Shown: positions 54,501 through 64,000 of the stretch, in pieces
Layout: every line of letters starts with the position of its first letter
How positions within the stretch are numbered: position 1 is the first letter of the stretch
Origin: Klebsormidium nitens
Taxonomy: Eukaryota; Plantae; Klebsormidiophyceae
Length of the DNA stretch: 64,000 nucleotides
Assembly: GCA_000708835.1 (NCBI GenBank)
Contig: DF237366.1
Span: 17,838 to 81,837 of the forward strand
Direction: 5' to 3'
Made by a program: the position numbers and the translations under genes
Notes under the pieces: generated by a model
Told to the model about the DNA's origin: nothing
What the model saw: the letters and a program-made list of their open reading frames with translations, nothing else
Database searches by the model: none

Positions 54501-55186
54501 GTGATTGCAGGAGAATGTGACGGGAAAATGACGGTTTTGCTGCAGGAGAGGCATGCACCAACTGTGGCAACATGCCGGCGAAACGAGCGCTGACCACGTC
54601 AATGTAGGCCAGACACGTACCGGTACCAGGCGAGATTGCTTACGTACACAAATGGGCCGCAACTTCCTGCTTGGCCAACCGCACCGTTCAAGTTGCAAGT
54701 GGTTGTGCACGCCCGGCGCGTACCAGTTGGCAGTACGGTACTTACCGCGGGCGCGACACCGTCCTTGAACAATGCAACGATCGACCGTCGAAAAGCAACA
54801 GACCGGACCAACACGCTAATTACCTAGCCGGACAGTCGCAAATTGAATACCGTGCAGACTGTTACAGTCTACCTACCTACAGCTATTGCACAGCAGATGT
54901 GGGTGTCGTCCAGGACGGACTGGACATAGTTGCGTGGTGGCAGCAGTCTGATCAAGAGCGTTGGAAATTTGCAAGACGAACCGAAGGCTTGTGGAGCTGT
55001 AATTGAGTGTATGAATTAGCCTGTCGCTCTTGCATCCCCAGATTTATAAATACACCACCAGGAGCTTGGCAGTTGCTACGGCCACATTGCAAGCTGGCGG
55101 TGCATCAGTCGCGCCACGGCAACCCTCAGTTCAGCATCAATCTGTTCTTGATTTGATTGAGCCCGACTTGCTGCAGACCCACGGCC

Positions 55187-58100
55187 ATGGGCCGCAATGG
55201 GGATCGCGTCGAGGTGTTGCCAGGGCCTGCAGGCAGGGAGGATCGTGCTGCAGCGCTCCAGAGCACCTTCGGTGTCCAGGCCAACGCGATCATGCGCAAG
55301 AACTTTGTGTTCCAGAAGCGCAGCTGGGCCAACAACCTGTGCCTCCTGTTGACACCGGTGTTGCTGTGCGCGCTGCTGGGCATCCTGCAGGCGCTCATCA
55401 ACATTCTGCTGGACGGGGACAGCTTCAAGTGCGGCTGCAAGTGTATCGAGTTCAGCGCCTCCGACCCAACCGACTGCCTCAGACGGGACAAGAACATCTG
55501 CGGCCTGGAGTACTCGGATGTGGACCAGGCTGTCTACTGCCCCATCACCAGTCCGGCAGAGTGGCCAGCCCTCTTGCAGGTCAGATCGGTGCAGACGGAT
55601 TCAGATGGTGTCAAAAGCTCCCAGGTGGAAGCTGATGCCTTCCAGAAAATGGCAACTGTTGATGAGTATCAGCTGATTAAGATACTGTGGTGCTCTGCAT
55701 ATTCTTGTATTCTCTCTTGTCACTTGGGGTAACATGGCCCTTCGAGTTGCTTTGCAAAGTGCCTCAAAAGTTCGCCAGCTCAGGAGCTCTTCTCACCCTG
55801 CTTCTTGGTTGCGCGCAGGTGCCTTTGCCTGAGTACCGTGCAGAGGCCCCGGGCCTCCCTGTGGGCTGCCAAGCCTCCGGGAGCTGTCCGCTGGCGGTGC
55901 CGTTCACTGGCGGGAATCCAAGCCTGGCATATGGTGCGCTACCTCCTTCTGTTACACCACTGTTTGGCCCTTTCGATATGGCCATCAATGCTGCTGAAGT
56001 CAGTGCCCTGCAGCTTGTAATAGAGAGCGTACTGCCGCACTCCTCTGATCCTTCGTAGTGATTGCTGTGCCCGTTCTTGCAGATCTGAGCGCCCACCTGT
56101 TTCAGCCATCTCCGGCACCTCTGGTGCTGTCGGATGTGAACACCGCCCTGGCGAGCCAGTATCCAGGCACGGCAGCCCCTTCCTCGGGGACACTGCAGTA
56201 CGAGCTGGCCTTCCAGAATCGCTACGCGCTCTACTTTCTGCAAAACGACACCTGCCCCGCCAATGTCACACAGCTCCTGGCCCTTGGTCAAGCTGCAGCC
56301 GCCCCCATCTATAGCAGCTTTGGGATCAGCAACCCCCAGAGTGAGGGGATGCGCCTGCCTCTTGTCAGTCAAACAGGCACCAGGGCCTGTTCTGCTGCCC
56401 TTACGCTTGAGGATACAGTTCTCACCAACTCTATTCGGCCAATTTTGCCGACAATTCCCGCTTTCCTTCTAGCCCCCGATTGTAATCTTACCTCGTGTGC
56501 CTTTGTGCGTTCCCAGCTGCTGTGGTTGCCTTGTGGCTAAAGGTTATTCAGGGCGCTGCCTGTTGGCCCGCTTGTGTTGGCGCTCACCGCCTCTGCCTGC
56601 TGCAGATTGGACGTGCTCGCCAGCAGTTACGCTGTGGAACAGCAATGTTGCGTCAATCAATGAGCAGCTGTTTGTGGGGTACCGAGGGGGGAACCCGGAG
56701 CGCACCATCAGCGAGTACACAGCCGCGTACGACTGGCGCAACACGAGCACGTCCAACTTCGTGGTGGGCGTCCACTACAATAGCACCTACCAGAACAACA
56801 CGTCGGATGCGCCGCCCTCCATCATGCGCATCGCACGCCAGATCAACCTGGTGAGCCGCCTTGCCCACACCAGTGCTCCCACGCACGTTTGCTTGCAACG
56901 TTTGAGTGGTACTTGGGTCTGAAGGAAGCATTGCGAGCGTGGCCCAGAATTGGTGTGCGCAGACTGCGCACACGTGATAACAGGCACAGCCCTCCCAGTT
57001 TAACGTGTGCGGTCGCTATGGTGCGGTGGTGCAGGCGGCGCAGGCGTTCTTGCGGTGGCAGCGGCCGGGGGCGTCTTTGCCGCTGCTGTTTGTGAAGGAC
57101 ATGCCCAAGCCGGGGACGCGGCTGCGCCTCGACTTCTCGTCCCTGCTGGGCCCGCTGTTCTACATGTGGGTGTGGCAGATGCTGTACCCGGTGCTCCTGG
57201 CGTCGCTGGTGTACGAGAAGGAGAAGAACCTGCGCACCATGATGCGCATGCACGGCCTCACCGACCTGCCCTACTGGATCGTCATGTACACCTGGTGAGC
57301 ATCCGGGCACCGCCCTACGCTGCCTGACCTGAGAGCGTTCGCACCAGACTGGACACCCAGCCCAGAGAATGTCACCAGCTGGCGGGCGCTACTGATTCGG
57401 CTGCTTTGTGTTCGCCAAGGAGCATCGAGGAGGTCGGCTCCTTCTCCATTGCTTGGACGTATTCAGGACAAGGCGCACCTTCTTTCTGCGCTGCCTCACC
57501 TTGGGTGGCACTCATTTCGCCGAGAAGGAAAAGCTCCTTGTGGCGGCGGTGTAGAGCGGGCGTTCCGATTCTGTGCAGGTTTTTGGTGCTGAGCGTGGCG
57601 TACATGATCATCTTCATGGTGGTGGGGTCGGCCATCCAGCTCAAGTTCTTTTTGCTCAACGACTACGGCATCCAGATCATCTTCTACTTCGTCTTCCTCA
57701 ACAACCAGGTCGCGTGGACCTTCCTCACCGCCACCATCTTCTCCAAGACCAAGACCGCCACAGGTACTGCCCACTTACCGCACAAGCACAAACGGCTCGG
57801 CTGTGTGCTTGATAGCATGCAGGGCCGTTTGCATCCTCTCGGGCAAGCCGTCCTTCTTATCAAGCCCCTAATCGCCATGTCACGCACTGGAGTGCTGACC
57901 ACTTCCCTGGCTGAGCCTGTGTCCGCGTGCTTTCGTGTGCAGTGTGCGGGTACCTGTACGTGTTTGGCAGCGGGCTGCTTGGCCAGTTCCTGCTGCGCTT
58001 TTTCCTGGAGGACCCCACCTTCAACGGCAGCGGCATCTTCTTCCTGGAGTGGATCCCCTGCTTCGCGCTTTACCGCGGCCTCTACGAGTTTGCGCAAGCC

Positions 58101-60760
58101 GCCTTCATCGGCAACTACCAGGACGAGAGCGGCATGAAGTGGAGCGATCTGAGCGACAGCCAGAACGGGCTGGTCACCGCGCTGCTCATCCTGCTCATCG
58201 AGTGGGCCGTCTTCCTCCTCCTCGGCTTCTACTTCGACCAGGTGCGCGACCAGCGTCGGGCTCAAGAGCTCAGACGACCACTCTGTCGTGCAAAGCGAGG
58301 GACTGTGCACATCATTGTAGGCAGCTGTTCCCTCTTGCCCTGTCAAGGACACGCTGTTGCCTTACAAGGGGAACGTCCATGCCCGATCTTTGGATGGCTG
58401 TGCACCCTTCGAGATGGTGCTCTTTCTCCTCGTGCGGCGTCTCTTGACCCGCCCAGTCCCTGTTTCATGGGATATGTGCGGATCAAGGCTGGCCGCTCAC
58501 GTTTTGCTGCCGTGACTTGTGCAGGTGGTGTCCTCCGGCAGCGGGGTGAAGAAGCCGTGGCTGTTCTGCCTGGGCAAGCGCGGCACCCCCGCCCCCAAGG
58601 AGGCCGGCCGGCGCGCCAGTGCGGAGGTGGGCGTGGACATGGAGCGGCCGGACGTGGCCGCGGAGCGCGCCGCAGTGGCGCAGCTCAAGGACGGGACGGG
58701 CGGGAACGTGATCGTGTGCAAGAACCTGAACAAGGTCTTCCCCAGCCGCGACGGCAACCCGCCCAAGGTGGCCGTCAAGTCGCTCGCGCTCGCCGTGCCG
58801 CGCGGGGAGTGCTTCGGCATGCTGGGGCCCAACGGTGAGCCCCCCGCCCACGCAGCCGAGCGAGCAGCCTCCCGCCCAGTGTTGGCGCGGCTCGAGCCAG
58901 GTGTGCTCCACCATGTGATGACTGCAGGCAGGTTCGGCGGCTGACGTGCGTGGGGTGGGGCCGTGCAGGTGCGGGCAAGACGACGAGCATCAATATGATG
59001 GTGGGCTTCCTGCAGCCCAGCGCGGGGACGGCGCTCATCGAGGGGCTGGACATCCGCACCGACATGACCAAGATCTACTCCGTCATGGGCGTCTGCCCGC
59101 AGCACGAGTGAGCGCAGCCACCAAGCCGCTCTCACAGCCTTATCGGCATAGGCCATGCGCACGAGCCTGCTGCAGGCTTCCACAGCCAACTTGTCAGGGT
59201 TCTGGCACTGTCGTCTGGGCTGCTGAAGTCGTGGTTTTGTCGAGCTTTTCCAGCTGTGTTTGGTCCGTCCGCTGACGCTGGCCCACGCGCTGCAGTTTGC
59301 TGTGGGAGTCTTTGAGCGGGCGGGAGCACCTGCTGTTCTACGGGCGCCTGAAGAACCTGCGCGGCCCCGCGCTGCAAGCCGCCGTGGAGCGCTCCCTGCG
59401 CAGCGTCAACCTGTACGCAGGCGGCGTGGGCGACAAGCGCGCCGGGCAGTACAGCGGGGGCATGAAGCGCCGCCTCAGCGTCGCCATCTCGCTCATCGGG
59501 GACCCCCTCGTCGTGTGAGTACCCTGCCGCACCGCGCCTTCCTCGACTGCACTGGAACGAGGCCCCGCCTGCATACGTTGGGTCAAGAAGAGTCGTGTTG
59601 GGTGGTTGGCCATGCCGGCTCGTTGCGTGAAGTAGCGGCTGAGCGGCACTTGTACGATGCAGGTACATGGACGAGCCGAGTACGGGCTTGGACCCGGCAT
59701 CGCGCAACAACCTGTGGCAGGTCGTCAAGGACGCCAAGAAGGACCGGGCCATCATCCTCACGAGTGAGCCGCACACCCCCGCCCGGCGCATAAACCTACA
59801 GTCTCGACAGCTTCTGGTTACCACGGTTCTCTTCGCAAATGGAACTGAGGGCAAAGCCTGTTTCTGCTGCGCCCGACCGAGGTCTCGCCCATTCGATTTC
59901 TGCCCGCCGCGCACTTTAATCTTCAGGCTTTGTTCCCGGGCTTGACTCGGCCGGTGCTTGGGCTTTGCTGTGCAGCGCATTCGATGGAGGAGGCGGAGGT
60001 GTTGTGCGACCGGCTGGGCATCTTCGTGGACGGCCAGTTCCAGTGCATAGGCAACCCCAAAGAGGTCAGTCCCTGCGCCGCACCCGCCGCAAAAGCAACT
60101 CGCCAGCTCAGCCGGCAGCGCTTGGAAGGTTTTATCGCTGGGACTCCCGGGAAAGGCATACGGTTTGTGTACAAATATGTCGATGGATCAATAGCTCCTC
60201 AGCCAACGCCTGAAGCGGGTTTTGGTTGACCGCCTGTCCTGGTTCACTCATGCACTGCGTGGCGCGTGCAGTTAACCTCGCGCTATGGCGGGAGCTACGT
60301 GTTCAGCGTCACGACGGCCCCCCAGGAGATGGCCGCCGTGGGCGAGCTGGTGCATTCGCTGAGCCCCGGGGCGCGCCGCGTGTACGCCGTCTCGGGCACG
60401 CAGAGGTTCGAGCTGCCCACCGACGAGGTGAGCCGCCCGTCCGACCACCGCCACTGCATACCGGGCCGTCGCATTGTTCTGTTAACTCATGCACTGCTGC
60501 TATTGTCCGTCGCCCCTGGTGAAATTGAGCTCTTGGGGACTGCTCTTCTGGCCCGTTGCAGCTCGTGTGCCGCAGTCTGCGTGCTGGCAATGACTGCGGG
60601 GCTTGGCGTGCAGGTGGACCTGGCGAAGGTGTTTGCTGCAGTGGAGCGGGCGAAGGGGCGGCTGCAGATCCAGGCGTGGGGGATTGCCAACACGACGCTG
60701 GAGGACGTGTTCGTCAAGATTTCCAAGGAGGCGCAGCTGGGGGAACGCACGCTCTCATGA
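55187..60760 (+). CDS. ABCA7: Half-size ABCA transporter (TMD-NBD), plant ABCA3-8/ABCA7 subgroup; 14 exons
   Basis: QANAIMRKNFVFQKR; CGCKC..CGLEYS..DQAVYCPI..P.EWPALLQVP; SSLLGPLFYMWV..LVYEKEKNLRTMMRMHGL; ALYRGLYEF; GECFGMLGPNGAGKTT; [17 protein letters not shown]; YMDEPSTGLDP; HSMEEAEVLCDRLGIFVDG; WGIANTTLEDVFVKI. Confidence 0.94.
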
Positions 60761-62163
60761 GGCGGCCACCGCAGCAACGGCTCATGTAACATAGCTCCGT
60801 AGCCACGGAGAGGATCGAGCATTCTTTCAGGACTTCAGTACAGTTCCCACACTAATGGTAGCGAGCTGGTATGAGAAATAAGGGGTCACCGTCCTCAAGC
60901 CGATTCATGCAAGTTGCTGGGTATAGACAGGCACCGAAATGGCCTGTTATGAAGTTTCCGTTCTGATCCGAGTACATTTGTGGATTCAATGGGTTGTAGC
61001 TTGTTGCTATAAGTTAAGCCTATCTATGAACGCCTTTCAAACTCTAGCTTCGACGAGTATGCTTACCTTAGGCACAACCTTTAGTACAGACAACTGAAGC
61101 GCATCTCCGTTTGTTCATTCAATATGTGCTAACGTCTCCTGACTCGATCCTTATGGTTCACATTTACATTGTATCAACGTTAGTGACATACACTAGTGCA
61201 AACGCTGATGCGCGTGCACGCATAGAGAATCCGGAGGTGAAATATGCATGGCAAGCCCAGGGCCGCAAGGATCACGTGTTGAGATAATTGCGCATTGCAG
61301 AGTACAGTTTGCAGCATACTATAGATATCTAGCTGCTTTCAATTCCCATGCTATCAAGATTTCGCGGTGCGTACCATGTTCACAATTGTCTGCGCACACA
61401 TATGTGGCACGCGTTGCCATGTAAGCACATACGGGGCCACGCGCAAATATTGCCGCTGGAAATTGTAGTAACATGCACCGTCATGTGCGTGATATGTAAA
61501 AGTATAGATTCCAATTAACCAGCGCATGCGTTAATTGTCGTTGCAATCATGCATGTACACATGCAGTGAGGCCAGTGACATGCAGGAGTCGCGAACTTGA
61601 CGATTGGTACTGATCAAGCGCACACGAAATTCAAACATAGTATGATTGTGGACGTTTATAACGACATAGGCATGCCCCCTTTGGGATGTAGAAATTGTCG
61701 ATACATTTAAGCCGGTCATCAGTGATAGCTTTGTATTTAACTTATAATAAGCGGCCGAAGCTTGAGCCCCGTCATGTGCATGACTCGTTTTACTCGGATA
61801 GTGTTGATCTTACATGATCGAATCGAGAAAACTTGCCGCGGCAGCCATGCACTGCAGCAACATTGGAGGCAGACTGGTTTGTATCAACAGGTAGCTAGCC
61901 TGCGTCGGTCTACCTAATTGTGCATCTGACGCGGTTGAGCGTCTCATGGCAGAACTTATCAGGAAATGTGTTTTATACAATTGCACTAAGCCAACCACAG
62001 ATGACGTTTCACTTGAGGCCTGTATCTGCCAGATTATCAAAGTCGATTCCATGTTTACTCCAGGTTACAATATGCTTGTTTTGAGGTGCATTTTGTCACG
62101 ACTTAGGTACAGTGCGACCATTTTTGGTCACGGTCTATGTGTCTATGTATGTGTTTTCAATTG

Positions 62164-63613
62164 CTACAAATATTTCCTTTCACTCTCCTGAATTGGGTAG
62201 TCATTCGCAGACATATCCCGCCGTCGCATCAAGCCTTCGTCATCAAATTCCCAGTGCTGTAAGGAAAGCATCCGATCACAATCACTTTCATTTTCGATGG
62301 GCATTGTTCTACAGGATTGCAAGCATCACTTACAGCATGTACAACAAATCGGACCTTCTTGACAAACTTACTTGACGGGTCAGCATGGCATGCCTCTGAG
62401 GTATTTGCACTTGGCCCAACATGTGTACTCTTTTCATGCCCTTGGATCTACTTCTTGCTTCCTATCCTGCATTTCACTGTGTCCAAGCCATGTACAGCAC
62501 TGTGCCAGAAGGAGGAATTTGCCTGGTCGATTCAAATTGGGCTTCACCTTGACAACATGTGAGCTCTGGCTACAGGACAACTTGGACCAAGCATGGGTGA
62601 GAGGCCGGATTCTGGCTCACCTCGTTGCCGTGTGCTCTGAACCACTGCCCAGAGTCGTCATGATACTCGTACTCAAATCGGACACTGATCCGGTTTCCCT
62701 GCACCATAAAATTCACAGGCCAAGTCAAACTCAACCCGTTGTTTGTATGAGGCAAGGGCAATGCAGCTGAAGGCTCTCCACCTGCACCCCCAGCCCTGAG
62801 CTGCGGCTGGCTCCACTTTCTGGTTGTGCTTGTGCGGGCGCCTGAGCCAGCCCTCTTCCCCTGGAGTGTCCTGCCTGGCGCACCTGGTAGCACCACAGCT
62901 CCTTCATCAGCTTGTAGTCCAGCTCCTTCTGCCACTTGCGCGTCAGAAATTCCTTGATGGCGGGCCGCCCTGTAAAGAACTCAGTGCGGTTGCGCCACTC
63001 GGAGTCGGGGGTGTAGGCCAAGGAGACGCGATGTGGGTCCTTGGAGTTCCACGCATTCTCAGCGGCTTTCACCTGTCACGGGTTCAAGAAAGATATGCAG
63101 ATTGACAAAATGTCGATCCATCATTCCTTGAAACGATCAACCCCTGCCGGGAGATTTGCGAGTCAATGGGAAGCGCTATTTTTCATGTTCAGAAATGCAA
63201 CCGGCAAGTATTGCTTAAAACACGTCACTACATGTGAGGGCAAATGCAATGTTGCTCTCCAAGAAGTCCATTGTGGCGACGGAGGAAAGAGGGCTGGTAT
63301 CGAATATATACATCAGTCAGGTTTCTTCTCAGAGAAAGGATCAATGCACCATCATGCAATGCAAGATTTATTCCTTTCAATCCTCCAGAATGTTCGATAA
63401 GAATTTTGCAACAGAATGCTGCCAATGTCCATTCCATCTGGTGCTTCACCAAATGCTGCGCTCGGCTTGCTGGGCATCTGCAAGAGCTCAAGCTCAGCCG
63501 CAGGCAGAGTTCCCCGGTCCACTGTCTGTCAGGAGGAGCAGACTTACCTTGGCAAGGGCGGTCTCAAGAGTGAAAGGCGGCTTGATGGGAGGTGGCACCG
63601 TGGGCTGCTCCAT
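62164..63613 (-). CDS. DUF1348 / SnoaL-like (NTF2-fold) protein; exons 63613-63548, 63072-62884, 62698-62621, 62256-62164; 141 aa
   Basis: The spliced product is [22 protein letters not shown]|[63 protein letters not shown]|[26 protein letters not shown]|[30 protein letters not shown]. These are typical DUF1348 motifs, and all introns are phase 0 GT-AG. Confidence 0.9.
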
Positions 63614-64000
63614 TCTAAAAACTCAGTTTATCTGAGATTTCGTGGAGGATTCATTGGATTCTTAGAAGAAGCGCTGAGCTCTGTGAAATGCCTCGAAAAA
63701 GCGGAGGAGGCTCGTACTAAATTATAGGGTGGTCACATTTGGATCCTTGAACTTGAAAAGTGTACTGTGTTGGCGCATCGGCCCCCAAGGGTGCGTACCG
63801 AGTCCCGACCCTAGGAACCCATTTTGATCATATTGACATTTGGGGTCGCTCGGACGGACGGCTAACACTTTCCGGTTTTGTAGGTGCGGAGGCTCGGTAG
63901 GGTACTGTGCGCTCCGACCCTAGAAAACTTTTCGAGGTTCCGGGGATCGGTCGGCTCCATATTCCCTATAAAATTTATATAAATGTTGCGACGTGAAATT

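Noticed and set aside
53961-54510. GTGAT on both sides of the N gap, suggesting an overlap or TSD
   Set aside because: It is only 5 bp at contig ends and cannot be distinguished from chance or an assembly artefact.

Overview
Eukaryotic, intron-dense nuclear DNA. The proteins are land-plant-like (ClpF, RIK, half-size ABCAs, DExH14), the exons are GC-rich and the introns are about 100-900 bp. This points to a streptophyte green alga such as Klebsormidium, which is an inference. Manual splicing supports ten protein-coding genes: ClpF(-), an EEP/DNase-I-like protein(+), Rab6/RabH1(-), ASCC3/DExH14 helicase(+), a histone H3 variant(+), COG3(-), RIK/KHDC4(+), an ABCA2/9-type half transporter(-), an ABCA3-8/7-type half transporter(+) and a DUF1348/SnoaL-like protein(-). 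Eight of the ten form four head-to-head pairs. There is a 532-N assembly gap at 53969-54500. No rRNA, tRNA, CRISPR array or intact transposon was recognised. The leads most worth following are: (1) a divergently transcribed pair of half-size ABCA transporters from two different subgroups, a candidate ancient co-regulated heterodimer; (2) an FFAT (VAP-binding) motif on a C-terminal extension of the ribosome-rescue helicase ASCC3; (3) a histone-type 3' stem-loop after an intron-containing H3 gene with unusual residues; (4) GTAC/TACCTA-rich palindromic elements shared between bidirectional promoters. Gene identities come from recalled family motifs, not database searches.
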